Part shown: positions 1 to 9,121 of the stretch, one piece after another
Layout of the letters: the number at the start of each line of letters is the position of its first letter
How positions within the stretch are numbered: the stretch's first letter is position 1
Assembly: GCA_009784575.1 (NCBI GenBank)
Contig: WRBK01000006.1
Coordinates: 36,673 to 68,672, forward strand
DNA from: Defluviitaleaceae bacterium
GTDB taxonomy: Bacteria > Bacillota > Clostridia > Lachnospirales > WRAX01
DNA length: 32,000 nucleotides
Direction: 5' to 3'
The notes under the pieces: generated by a model
Told to the model about the DNA's origin: nothing
Databases searched by the model: none
What the model saw: the letters and a program-made list of their open reading frames with translations, nothing else
Made by a program: the position numbers and the translations under genes

Positions 1-84
1 AATGCCCCTAGCCCTAGAATCCGCTAGTATTTGTTTTATCCACGCAACTCTATCTGTTGTTTCTTTAGCATAATCTCTAATCAT
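1..84 (-). CDS. First 28 codons of a gene that runs off the left edge. The N-terminus resembles N-type ATP pyrophosphatases such as NH3-dependent NAD+ synthetase.
   Basis: The minus-strand ATG at 84 overlaps the TGA of the upstream ORF (ATGA). It reads MIRDYAKETTDRVAWIKQILADSRARGI with no stop down to position 1. The diagnostic SGGxDS loop would lie outside the window. Confidence 0.3.
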   Translation of the reverse strand, partial: MIRDYAKETTDRVAWIKQILADSRARGI

Positions 85-323
85 TTTTTCGCAATATCCT
101 CCAAGCATATCCTAGCAAAAGCATCCAAGTGTATATAGTCATTTTTTTCCAAAAAATCTCTTAATTCAGCCTCTACCGCGATGCTTTCGCTCAAACCCGC
201 CATTTCCGCGGAAATATCTGCAAGTATGGAAATAACATGGTCGCAACCATACGGCATGGCGTTCTCTAACCTTTGTGCCAAAGTATCTTTATGCTCCTCA
301 GTAAAAACATAGATTTGCTTCAT
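81..323 (-). CDS. Hypothetical small protein (80 aa), no family recognised
   Basis: ORF track 81..332. I prefer the ATG at 323 because GAGGTGA lies 5 nt upstream. Its stop overlaps the next start (ATGA). Confidence 0.5.
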   Translation of the reverse strand: MKQIYVFTEEHKDTLAQRLENAMPYGCDHVISILADISAEMAGLSESIAVEAELRDFLEKNDYIHLDAFARICLEDIAKK

Positions 324-363
324 AGCAATCACCTCTCTAATTTATGATATGTAGAGGGTCTGG

Positions 364-1248
364 CTACATTGAGGATATATCTCGTAACATTTCTTCCAGC
401 TCGGCTTTATTAAAATTATACTGCTTATTGCAGAAATGGCAGCTTACATCCGCCTTGCCATCTTCTTCTATTATCTGCCTAAGCTCATCCGCGCCCATAG
501 TTATGAGTGCGCCTATCACGCGCTCCTTATCGCAATTACAGTAAAATTCTAACGGTGCTTTTTCTGTTATCTCGCATCCAAGGTCAGAAAGCAGCATATC
601 AAGCACATCTTCTGGTGTTTTACCGTCATCTAGCAGATTTGTAATGGCAGGGAATCCCGCCATTTTTGCTTCAAGCACATCTATCAGAGTATCGTCAAAA
701 CCAGGCATCAGTTGCAGAAAAAATCCACCCGCTTGTTTTATGCTATAGTCGCGCTCCACGAGCACACCAAGCGAAACTATGGATGGCACTTGCTCAGAAA
801 AAGCATAATATCCCGCCACATCCTCTGCCACCTCGCCAGAAACAAGTGCCAGAGTACCCACATACGGCTCTTTCAGACCCAAATCGCGTATAACGGTTAT
901 TTGACCAGCACCTATAGCTCCGCCCACATTTAGCTTGCCATCCGCGCGGCTTGCTATATCGCCTTTTGGATTATGAGCATAGCCGCGTACACGCCCCATG
1001 CCATCGGATGTGGCTAACACACCGCCTAAAGGACCATTACCTTTTATGCTTACCGTTATTAGGTCGGTCTCATTGCCAGACATCAACCCCATTATGGCTG
1101 TAGCAGCCAACAGTCGCCCCAAGGCAGCAGATGCCACGGGAGTTGTGCCATGTATCGTTGCCGCTTCGTTCACCAAATATTTTGTTGTAGCCACAAAAGC
1201 GCGTATGTGACCGTTTGCAGCGGTTGCTCTTATACAGTAGTCTTTCAT
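364..1248 (-). CDS. hslO: Hsp33 redox-regulated chaperonin
   Basis: 294 aa. The N-terminus IRATAANGHIRAFV is typical of Hsp33. The C-terminal zinc centre is present as CxC (YCNCD) plus CxxC (SCHFCNKQY). Confidence 0.9.
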   Translation of the reverse strand: MKDYCIRATAANGHIRAFVATTKYLVNEAATIHGTTPVASAALGRLLAATAIMGLMSGNETDLITVSIKGNGPLGGVLATSDGMGRVRGYAHNPKGDIASRADGKLNVGGAIGAGQITVIRDLGLKEPYVGTLALVSGEVAEDVAGYYAFSEQVPSIVSLGVLVERDYSIKQAGGFFLQLMPGFDDTLIDVLEAKMAGFPAITNLLDDGKTPEDVLDMLLSDLGCEITEKAPLEFYCNCDKERVIGALITMGADELRQIIEEDGKADVSCHFCNKQYNFNKAELEEMLRDISSM

Positions 1249-1265
1249 TCGATTATAGTCTCCAG

Positions 1266-1287
1266 TTTAATTCATTTTTAATTCATT
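1266..1287. repeat. Perfect tandem duplication of the 11-nt unit TTTAATTCATT, in the mgsA-hslO spacer
   Basis: Read directly: TTTAATTCATT at 1266-1276 and again at 1277-1287. It lies 18-39 nt upstream of the hslO start on the minus strand. Confidence 0.9.
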
Positions 1288-1331
1288 TAACAAACTTTAC
1301 ATTAAACGTATCCAATAGCTCCTAGAATTCG

Positions 1332-1727
1332 CTATTTTATAATCTCCCGCCAATTAAGGTCGCCACGGTCAAGTGCTAAAAGCAATGTTTCCGCTGTAGC
1401 AAGATTGCTCGCCATAGGTATGTTATGAGTATCACAAAGGCGCATAATGCCAGCTATGCCTGGCTCGCCTAGATGAGCCTGAACGGGGTCACAAAGAAAA
1501 ATTACTAGGTCTATGTCATTGTGGGCGATTTGTATGGCAAGCTGCTGTTCCCCGCCCAGCCGCCCTTCCAAATGCTTTGTAACATTTAGACCTGTGGCTT
1601 CTTCGATGATGCGCCCTGTAGTACCTGTGGCATAAACTGTGTGCCTACTCAAAATATGACGATACGCAATGCACAAATTCTCCATCAAAGTTTTTTTGCT
1701 ATCATGCGCCACAAGCGCGATATTCAT
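1332..1727 (-). CDS. mgsA: Methylglyoxal synthase
   Basis: NIALVAHDSKK...ATGTTG...GGEQQ...DPV motifs are present. I chose the start at MNIAL (1727) because GAGGAGGGG lies 7 nt upstream. Confidence 0.9.
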   Translation of the reverse strand: MNIALVAHDSKKTLMENLCIAYRHILSRHTVYATGTTGRIIEEATGLNVTKHLEGRLGGEQQLAIQIAHNDIDLVIFLCDPVQAHLGEPGIAGIMRLCDTHNIPMASNLATAETLLLALDRGDLNWREIIK

Positions 1728-1756
1728 AAAATCACCCCTCCTCACATAATTTTCAA

Positions 1757-2917
1757 TTAGTCGTAGCTATGTCCCATATTTTCAAACATGGAATATTCCC
1801 TTGTCATACCAACATTAAGCACAAGCCCTATCATAGCCATAAAAACCCAAAGCGAGCTACCACCAGAGGATACAAAAGGAAAGTTCATGCCTGTATTTGG
1901 CAATAGCCACGCGTTTATGGCTGTATTTGTAAAGGCTTGGAAAGCCATGGTAACAGCAACACCAGTGGCTATCAGCTTGCCTAAAAACACCTCTGAGCGG
2001 TGCGCTATCATAAGGCAGCGTAAAACTATTAACAATGCCACCGCTATAACAGCCACAGAGCCTATGAAACCAAGCTCTGCGCCAATTACAGAAAACAAAA
2101 AGTCATTTGTTGCCTCTGGTATAAAAATTTGATTGTTAAAAAGTCCGCGCCCCCATAAAAGCCCGCTGGACATAGCCGTTACAGCTTGTTCATTCTGCCA
2201 TGTACCCGCACCATCACCATATTCAGGGTACAAAAAATCCCATATTCTTCTTTGTTGCCATGGTGTCAGTATATCGTCTATCAATATGGGGGTTTCGGCG
2301 TGTAGGTCGATGTAAAAAAATAGCAAAACAGGCGCAACAACCAGCGTAACTACTATAACATACTTATAACTAATTTTTCCAACATACAGCATTGCTAGCA
2401 TAATTATAACGCTCACGGTGGATGCCGAAAAAGATAGTTGCATATTTATAAGCGCGACAGGCAAGGCCGTAGCCGCAAAAATTAAGACAATAACCAAGGG
2501 ATTGTTTATTCTATCTCGATATTTATCCATTATCTTTGCCAGCACAATTATCATAAAGATTTTTGCAAATTCTGATGGCTGTATGCCAAATTCAAAACCG
2601 CCAATTTCCACGCCAATCCACCGTGCAACACCTCTTGTATCTGGCATAAAAAGCACAAGAACCAAAAGCGCGATATTAACGACATATATGGGAATATAGA
2701 ATTTACAAATAAACTCATAGTTCACAAAAGCCATGAACATCATTATGCCGATACCCGTAACCAAAAATATCAGCTGATTGATAAAAACAGACGAAACATT
2801 GCCATTACCTAGCCCCGTAGCAGAGCCTATCATAAGCAAGCCAAATAAGGCCAAGGCAACCACCAAGACCAAAAGTATATAGTCAAAAGACCTTATATCG
2901 CGGCGAATGCTATTCAT
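1757..2917 (-). CDS. rodA: SEDS-family peptidoglycan polymerase, RodA-type
   Basis: 386 aa polytopic membrane protein with FtsW/RodA/SpoVE signatures (GIQPSEFAKI, FPFVSSGGSS). It sits after minCDE and before mgsA, as in many Clostridia. Confidence 0.85.
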   Translation of the reverse strand: MNSIRRDIRSFDYILLVLVVALALFGLLMIGSATGLGNGNVSSVFINQLIFLVTGIGIMMFMAFVNYEFICKFYIPIYVVNIALLVLVLFMPDTRGVARWIGVEIGGFEFGIQPSEFAKIFMIIVLAKIMDKYRDRINNPLVIVLIFAATALPVALINMQLSFSASTVSVIIMLAMLYVGKISYKYVIVVTLVVAPVLLFFYIDLHAETPILIDDILTPWQQRRIWDFLYPEYGDGAGTWQNEQAVTAMSSGLLWGRGLFNNQIFIPEATNDFLFSVIGAELGFIGSVAVIAVALLIVLRCLMIAHRSEVFLGKLIATGVAVTMAFQAFTNTAINAWLLPNTGMNFPFVSSGGSSLWVFMAMIGLVLNVGMTREYSMFENMGHSYD

Positions 2918-2933
2918 ATAGCTTTACCTTTCA

Positions 2934-3185
2934 CTATCTCGTCTTCCAAGACTTTATTGGTATATTTGCAACCAAAGCTGGCCCTTCAGAGCCATTTATG
3001 TCAATATCTAAAGAATCTTCATCAATTTCCACATAATTAGCTAAAACTTTAAGGATATCTGATTTTAGCATCTCCAAAAGCTCAGGAGTGGTGTTCATGC
3101 GGTCTTGAATAAGCACCAGTTGCAAGCGATTTTTTGCTATCGCGCCAGATTTTGGCTGCCTTTTAAATAAGCCAAAGAAATCCAT
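2934..3185 (-). CDS. minE: Cell division topological specificity factor MinE
   Basis: 83 aa. The N-terminal segment FGLFKR...AKNRLQLVLIQDR is typical of MinE. It lies directly downstream of minD. SD is AGGAGAGGTGA. Confidence 0.85.
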   Translation of the reverse strand: MDFFGLFKRQPKSGAIAKNRLQLVLIQDRMNTTPELLEMLKSDILKVLANYVEIDEDSLDIDINGSEGPALVANIPIKSWKTR

Positions 3186-3203
3186 TTTTATCTCACCTCT
3201 CCT

Positions 3204-4007
3204 TTATTTTCCATTTCCTATGCGGAAAATCTTTTTTAGCCAGTTCATTAGACCGCCCGTTTCTTCTAAGTCCATAAATGGTACTTCGTTGCCCATTATG
3301 CGCTGTGTGATATTTCTAAATGCTTGCCCTGCGCGGGAGTTGTTATCTGCTACGGCTGGCTCGCCCTTGTTGGTGGAAACCACAATGGATTCATCATCTG
3401 GCACAAGCCCAAGAACATCTATGGCGAGGATATCCGTCACATCCTCTATGGTCATCATCTCGCCGCGCCTTATCATATCTGGGCGCAAGCGGTTTAGGAT
3501 AAGGCGGATATTTTTGATTTCTGATGCCTCTAAAAGCCCTACAATTCTATCCGCATCGCGTACACTAGATACTTCGGGTGTTGCCACCACCACGGCACGG
3601 TCTGCCCCTGCTATAGCATTTTTAAAGCCTTGCTCTATGCCCGCAGGGCAATCTATTATTATGTAATCATACTCTTCGCGCAAGGTTTCGCATAGTTTCA
3701 TCATTTGCTCTGGCGAAACTGCTGATTTATCCTTGGTCTGCGCTGCTGCAAGCAAAAACATAGTGGGATAGCGTTTGTCTTTTATAAGGGCTTGCTTTAG
3801 GCGGCATTTGCCCTCCACTACATCCACAAGGTCATATACAATGCGGTTTTCAAGACCCATAACAACGTCAAGATTACGCAAGCCTATGTCGGCATCTATT
3901 AGCACCACATTTTTCCCCGCTATGGCTAAACCACAGCCTATATTGGCAGAGGTGGTGGTTTTCCCCACGCCCCCCTTGCCGCTGGTAACAACAATAACTT
4001 CGCCCAT
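3204..4007 (-). CDS. minD: Septum site-determining ATPase MinD
   Basis: It has the deviant Walker A SGKGGVGKTT and a C-terminal amphipathic helix (LMNWLKKIF). I placed the start at the second ATG (4007), 8 nt after AAAGGA. Confidence 0.92.
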   Translation of the reverse strand: MGEVIVVTSGKGGVGKTTTSANIGCGLAIAGKNVVLIDADIGLRNLDVVMGLENRIVYDLVDVVEGKCRLKQALIKDKRYPTMFLLAAAQTKDKSAVSPEQMMKLCETLREEYDYIIIDCPAGIEQGFKNAIAGADRAVVVATPEVSSVRDADRIVGLLEASEIKNIRLILNRLRPDMIRRGEMMTIEDVTDILAIDVLGLVPDDESIVVSTNKGEPAVADNNSRAGQAFRNITQRIMGNEVPFMDLEETGGLMNWLKKIFRIGNGK

Positions 4008-4028
4008 CTTTTCCATCCTTTCGTATTT

Positions 4029-4697
4029 CTAATTCGTAATAGGTGAAATATAAATCTCCTCGCCCTTAACAAAAGCATATACGGGGTCGATTTTATTTTT
4101 ATTTTCCTTTAGCATATCCTTAGGAAAATATGTAATTTTGTCGGCTATGCGTAGCTGTATTGGTTGCATGGATAGCGCGCATACAAAAGCATTATTATCA
4201 CCGCTAGCTCCAGCATGAATAAGACCGCGCACAGCTCCAAAAACTACCACATTGCCCGCCGCAACCACCTCTGCTCCTGCATTAATATCACCTAAGATAA
4301 CCACAGAACCATTGTGACTTATGGCTTGACCATTTCGCAAGCCGCTCCTGTGGAAATATGCACCGTCTGTAGGAATGCTCGCAAAAGAACCAAGGGGCTT
4401 GCGCTCGTCCTGTTTCTTTTCTTTTTCAGCATCAGTATCCCCCGTCAAATCTTCTATAAAAGATATGGACAGGTTAGTTTCTTCGTTAATAATCTCTATC
4501 AGCGACAAAACCTCTTTTTCAGCTAACTTTTTGCCCTTAAATGATATCGTAGTCGATGCGTCGGCAAAAAACTTGCTGGAAGAGCGGATTTTTTCGCGTA
4601 GGGATTCTGATATGTCATTAAAATTAGCATCCTCTGCTAAAATTATGATGATACCGTCTTTGCCGCCTTTAAAAATTACACTGTTATTCTTTTGCAT
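4029..4697 (-). CDS. minC: Septum site-determining protein MinC
   Basis: The C-terminal beta-helix repeats (GDINAGAEVVAAGNVVVFGAVRGLIHAG) are typical of MinC, and it lies upstream of minD. I chose the start at MQKNN (4697) because GAGG lies 5 nt upstream. The ORF-track start at 4751 has no SD. Confidence 0.8.
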   Translation of the reverse strand: MQKNNSVIFKGGKDGIIIILAEDANFNDISESLREKIRSSSKFFADASTTISFKGKKLAEKEVLSLIEIINEETNLSISFIEDLTGDTDAEKEKKQDERKPLGSFASIPTDGAYFHRSGLRNGQAISHNGSVVILGDINAGAEVVAAGNVVVFGAVRGLIHAGASGDNNAFVCALSMQPIQLRIADKITYFPKDMLKENKNKIDPVYAFVKGEEIYISPITN

Positions 4698-4782
4698 ATT
4701 TACCTCATTCGTAAGAATAGTCCATATAACATTATACACTAAAATTCTCAAACTTCATACACTTTTTTTCGGGAAAATACAA

Positions 4783-6180
4783 CTAATCTATGGCAAAATT
4801 AAAAATCTGTCCAGCTAACTGAGTTGCCCTTGTGCCGCCGCCTGTATTTTCTATGATTATTGCCAGTGCCACCGTTGGGTTTTCTGCGGGCGCATAGCCT
4901 ATAAACCAAGAATGGTCTATGCCTGTTTCGTTCTGTGCCGTACCTGTTTTGCCTGCCACCTGTATATGTGACAAAGCGGCTGGCGTGCCTGTGCCTGTGT
5001 TTACGACCTCTATAAGCATTTCATTTAGTCTTGCCGCCATTTGCGCATCCATTATTTGCATCATAGATTGCGGAGAAGTTGCACCAGACACATTACCAAA
5101 ACCACTTAGTGTGCCATCTACTATATATGGTGTCATCACTATGCCGCCATTTGCTATTGCCGCCGCTATTAAAGCCATATTTAGCGGTGTTGCGGTTGTT
5201 CGTCCCTGCCCTATTGCTGTTTGTATCAGCTCATCTATGGCAGGATGCTCACCCATAGGAAATTGCGGCATGGACACTACCAATTCAAATTCTATCCCAC
5301 TATTAAACAGCATTTGCTCTGCCGCATCTATTATTGGTCTTGCGCCTATCTCTTCAGTTATCTTAGCAAAGAATCCATTACAAGATACCGCCATGGCACG
5401 ATGCATATCTACCAGCCCATGCGCCTGACCCCCCCAACATTGTATGGTTTCTCCATCAAAATGAGCATGGCCAGTGCATTCAAAAACAAAATCTAGCCAA
5501 TGAGATGAGGTTTCTAGTGCCGCAACCGCCGTTACCACCTTAAAGGTAGAGCCAGGGGGATACAGCCCTTGCGCAGCACGATTTAGCAGAGGGCTATTGC
5601 TTGTGTCGGCTATGAGATTACCCCATTGTTCCGTCACATTGTTGGGGTCGAATGATGGGGTAGACACCATGGCCAATACTGCGCCTGTGGTAGGATTTAG
5701 CACAACAACAGCCCCGCGCGAATCGCCAAGACTATTAAAAATCATCTGTTGCAAGTCTGCATCAAAGGTTGTGATAATTGAATTTGCGCGTAGCTCCTGC
5801 CCCATAATTACATATGTGGCACGCTGGACAAGTTCCCGATTAAGATGATACAGCGTAAAATTGCGCGAAAGCTCTAAACCTGCCTTGGACATGCCGCTAT
5901 AACCCACGGTATGTGCAAAAGCTGCCCCAAAATGATATTGGCGTGTATATAGACCACTATCTTCATCAAAAATGCTCTCTGCTATGGGTGTGCCGTTAGT
6001 ATCATAAATAGTACCCCGCCTCATATCGTCATTAACCATAGCAACACGTGGATTGCGTGGGTTTGCAATAAAATCACTAGCTTCAAATGCCGCCACATAC
6101 ACAAAATAGCCGCCAAGAGCGATAAAAAGCAAAGCCATAAGCCAGAACATTATTCTCAGATTTTTATGCAGTTCTTTCAT
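4783..6180 (-). CDS. Class B penicillin-binding protein (short PbpA/FtsI-type transpeptidase)
   Basis: 465 aa with one N-terminal TM segment. The three active-site motifs are present: SxxK (GSTFK), SxN (SCN) and KTG (KTGTA). Confidence 0.85.
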   Translation of the reverse strand: MKELHKNLRIMFWLMALLFIALGGYFVYVAAFEASDFIANPRNPRVAMVNDDMRRGTIYDTNGTPIAESIFDEDSGLYTRQYHFGAAFAHTVGYSGMSKAGLELSRNFTLYHLNRELVQRATYVIMGQELRANSIITTFDADLQQMIFNSLGDSRGAVVVLNPTTGAVLAMVSTPSFDPNNVTEQWGNLIADTSNSPLLNRAAQGLYPPGSTFKVVTAVAALETSSHWLDFVFECTGHAHFDGETIQCWGGQAHGLVDMHRAMAVSCNGFFAKITEEIGARPIIDAAEQMLFNSGIEFELVVSMPQFPMGEHPAIDELIQTAIGQGRTTATPLNMALIAAAIANGGIVMTPYIVDGTLSGFGNVSGATSPQSMMQIMDAQMAARLNEMLIEVVNTGTGTPAALSHIQVAGKTGTAQNETGIDHSWFIGYAPAENPTVALAIIIENTGGGTRATQLAGQIFNFAID

Positions 6181-6184
6181 AAAA

Positions 6185-7756
6185 TCACTCCAAATCGGAA
6201 ATCAATGCTAGTGCTGCCGCCATCGCATCACCATCCACCCAGATATCAGGTTGTATACCAACACCTTCCGCAAAATGCCCTTCTGGCCACAACATCATGG
6301 TTCTTCCTAGCCCAAAGGCTATGCCTGTATTTGGCAAAAATAGATTGCTGTATGTGGCATCAAACGCCAACATGCCTGCTGTGGCAGTGCCTATCACCAA
6401 GGTATTCGTTATATTAAACGCCATGTCCACAAAAGCTTCTGCCGCTGATAGCGTTCCCCTGTCTGTTAGCAAAATCAGGGTTTGCTCGCGTTGTACTATC
6501 CTGCGCGGCTCGTTATGAGAGAGAGTATAGCCATCGCCAAAAGGTTCAAAAGCGCGAAAGTAGCTCCATGTATCTGGTGGGTTTTGAAATTGGTTGTTTG
6601 GGTTAAATTCAAACAATGCAGGGTCATACTCCTGCGTATTAAGAGACACAAAGTTACTTGGCACAATCTCGCCTGTCAGAGTATGAAGCCAGCGAACAGG
6701 CAAAAGACTATTTCCGCCTATATTACCACGAATATCTACAATTACCACGGGTTCATACCTTAGCTGCTCTGCAAAGCTTATAAAAGTCACAGCATGTTCC
6801 ACGCCCCAAGCATTTTCATGACCATCAAAACCCATAGCCGCTACAGTTACTATAGGCACATTGCCAGCATGACCAAACCTAGGCATTTGTGCAGGGCGCG
6901 ACTGCTGCTCGCTTTCTCTAACGAAGGTACGAGGCGAAATTATATCGCCTTCATAGATAAAGTTTGTGCGATATGTATTTGCCCATGTACCCGAAATCAG
7001 AAATATTGGGCGATAAAATAAATCGCCATCCACGCTTGTATGCAGATGCATAACGGTATCAATATCATGCCCTTCTATCTCTAGCAAATATAACCCTGTT
7101 GCCCTGTTTATAAATCCATCTGCTGTTTTATCATAAAATAGCCCAAGCCTATGAAAATACGCAATCTCCGAACCCATGCGCTCTCCGCCAATCCAAAAGT
7201 GATTATCCACAACATTGTAAGTTAAATGTCTGCGTAAAATATCCGCATAATCTACAGCAAGAATTTCCGTTACGCCAAGAGCGAAAAGCTCTGCCGTAAC
7301 ATCGCCTAATGTAGCAGCAAATACACCATCGCCGCCAAAAAACACATAACCGCCATACACATCGCGTAAAACATTAAATAGCACCCAAGCATCCGCTACA
7401 GCATCATCTAGCGTTACAAATTCTGGCGGGCTTTCTGGCGGGCCGCCCCAACCATACCAAAACCTTTGCGGTATACGCGGTGTTGGGGTGCGCCCTTTAG
7501 TCATAGAAAGCAGCATATTATAGTCAGGCTTTATTATGCCCTCGCGGCGTGTCTGTGCTGTACCCATAGCATACTGCAAATCTAGTATTATATTTTCTGC
7601 TCGTAGTATTTCCTGCGGCTGCTCCACTTCTTCTGGCTCTGGAATTTCTTCAATTTCATTCAAAATTTCTTCATTAATCTCATAATTTTCGTCACCACAA
7701 GAGGCAAAAAGAAAAAGCGTAGCAATAGTTGCAAAAATCATTGCCCATTTTTTCAT
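6185..7756 (-). CDS. Lipoprotein with a peptidase-S41-like (C-terminal processing protease family) domain
   Basis: Signal peptide with a lipobox-like LFASC. IVDIRGNIGGNS resembles the S41 DxRxNxGG segment. GTLSAAEAF...IGTATAG resembles the S41 nucleophile-Ser region. Its ATG overlaps the stop of the upstream SEDS gene (ATGA), and its stop lies 4 nt before the PBP start. Confidence 0.6.
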   Translation of the reverse strand: MKKWAMIFATIATLFLFASCGDENYEINEEILNEIEEIPEPEEVEQPQEILRAENIILDLQYAMGTAQTRREGIIKPDYNMLLSMTKGRTPTPRIPQRFWYGWGGPPESPPEFVTLDDAVADAWVLFNVLRDVYGGYVFFGGDGVFAATLGDVTAELFALGVTEILAVDYADILRRHLTYNVVDNHFWIGGERMGSEIAYFHRLGLFYDKTADGFINRATGLYLLEIEGHDIDTVMHLHTSVDGDLFYRPIFLISGTWANTYRTNFIYEGDIISPRTFVRESEQQSRPAQMPRFGHAGNVPIVTVAAMGFDGHENAWGVEHAVTFISFAEQLRYEPVVIVDIRGNIGGNSLLPVRWLHTLTGEIVPSNFVSLNTQEYDPALFEFNPNNQFQNPPDTWSYFRAFEPFGDGYTLSHNEPRRIVQREQTLILLTDRGTLSAAEAFVDMAFNITNTLVIGTATAGMLAFDATYSNLFLPNTGIAFGLGRTMMLWPEGHFAEGVGIQPDIWVDGDAMAAALALISDLE

Positions 7757-9060
7757 TCTTCTTCCTCCCTCAATTGCCCATTAAGCCAATTTAGTATACC
7801 AAGCATAATAATTGTAATAAACACCGAACTACCGCCATAGCTCACAAGCGGCAGGGTTATGCCTGTCATAGGTATTAGCCTTATATTACCACCTATGGAT
7901 ACAAAAGCTTGGAAAGTGATAAATACAGTAAAACCCAATGTCATAAGCGCATATAATGGGCGTTTTGCACGCCTCGCCATATCTGTCCCACGCAGAAGTA
8001 TCATGGCATAAAGGCAGATAAATAAAAGACCAAAAACCCAACCAAACTCTTCTGCGATAGCAGAAAAGATGATATCACGTTCTACCACAGGTATCCAGTT
8101 AGCCATGCCGCGCCCTAGCCCTGCTCCGAATGGCCCCCATGTGGCTATAGCGAAAAGCGACTGTGTAAGCTGAAAACTCTCATTTGCCATAAGCGGCCAA
8201 GGATTGAGCCAAGCTGCAACGCGTATGCGTAGATGCGGGAAAAGCTGATACGCTACAACGGATGCGGCGGCAAAAGCGGCAAAGCCCCCGAGGAATAATG
8301 GCCTGCTTCCTGTCGATGTATAAAAAATTACCATAAAAACCATAAAAAACATCAGCGCAGAGCCAAGGTCACGTTGTAATACCAAAATGCCCACCATGCC
8401 CGCACTAGCCAGACCTATAAAAACCAATTTGCCTATGCTGGGTTTGAAGCGGAATGCACACGCTAAGTATAGAACAAATAGAGGCTTTGCAATTTCTGAC
8501 GGTTGGAAAGATATGCCGAAAATAGAAACCCATCGTGCCGCACCAAATTCATCTATAGAAACAAGAGGTATGCCAATAATGCTGCCCAAAATATCGGCAA
8601 TAAAAACTATACCTATAAGCCCAGCACATAAAACCAAAAACAGTTTTTCTAATTTTTCGATTTGGCTAAAAATACGAAATATGGCAGGGATAAGCAGGGA
8701 TACAGCAAAGCCGATGACAGCAAAAATAAATTGGGCAGAAGCTAGGCTGGGGTTTAGCCTATATATAGCCACAAAGCCTATGGCAAGCAAAAAAAACATG
8801 GTGTGCGTCATTATCGGGCAAGCACGCTTGAATACGCGCATGGCAACCACAGGGCCTGCTATGATAAAGAGCAAAACAAAACCGCCGAAAAGCAATGTCT
8901 GCAAATCGACGCTCATGGCAATATCATCAAAAGCTAAAATAGCAAAGGCAAAAATGGCAAACAGTATGGTAGCAGCCCAAAGACCGCGAGGCTGCGTTAC
9001 CGCATCTTCTTTACTCTCTTTAAAAATAAATCGCCCCGCCATAAAAATAAAATATGCCAT
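7753..9060 (-). CDS. Second SEDS-family protein (FtsW/RodA/SpoVE)
   Basis: 435 aa polytopic membrane protein with FQPSEIAKP and LPLVSYGGSS signatures. No strong SD precedes the ATG at 9060. Confidence 0.85.
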   Translation of the reverse strand: MAYFIFMAGRFIFKESKEDAVTQPRGLWAATILFAIFAFAILAFDDIAMSVDLQTLLFGGFVLLFIIAGPVVAMRVFKRACPIMTHTMFFLLAIGFVAIYRLNPSLASAQFIFAVIGFAVSLLIPAIFRIFSQIEKLEKLFLVLCAGLIGIVFIADILGSIIGIPLVSIDEFGAARWVSIFGISFQPSEIAKPLFVLYLACAFRFKPSIGKLVFIGLASAGMVGILVLQRDLGSALMFFMVFMVIFYTSTGSRPLFLGGFAAFAAASVVAYQLFPHLRIRVAAWLNPWPLMANESFQLTQSLFAIATWGPFGAGLGRGMANWIPVVERDIIFSAIAEEFGWVFGLLFICLYAMILLRGTDMARRAKRPLYALMTLGFTVFITFQAFVSIGGNIRLIPMTGITLPLVSYGGSSVFITIIMLGILNWLNGQLREEEE

Positions 9061-9121
9061 TAAAAAAACGAAATAATATCTGCTAAGAACCGATAGAAAA
9101 TCAAGGATACTTCATCACACC

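Noticed and set aside
36-44. DnaA-box-like sequences: TTATCCACG at 36-44, and a perfect TGTGGATAA at 18269-18277. Because they lie near gyrB/gyrA, they raised the question of an origin of replication.
   Set aside because: They are single, isolated boxes inside coding sequence. The second encodes the conserved VDN of GyrB. There is no cluster of boxes, no AT-rich unwinding element and no dnaA or dnaN in the window.
4731-4736. A TATAAT hexamer 34 nt upstream of the minC start, considered as a possible internal promoter for minCDE
   Set aside because: There is no acceptable -35 at 16-18 nt spacing, and it lies only about 45 nt after the PBP stop. Read-through from upstream is the simpler explanation.
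8387-9076. A 229-aa plus-strand ORF. Similar long ORFs occur at 4919..5428 (+), 12880..13440 (-), 16995..17591 (-), 26403..27011 (+) and 9617..9937 (-).
   Set aside because: Each lies antisense to, and entirely inside, a gene with strong family motifs. They have low-complexity Ser/Pro/Ala/Ile-rich translations and no SD. They are typical shadow ORFs.
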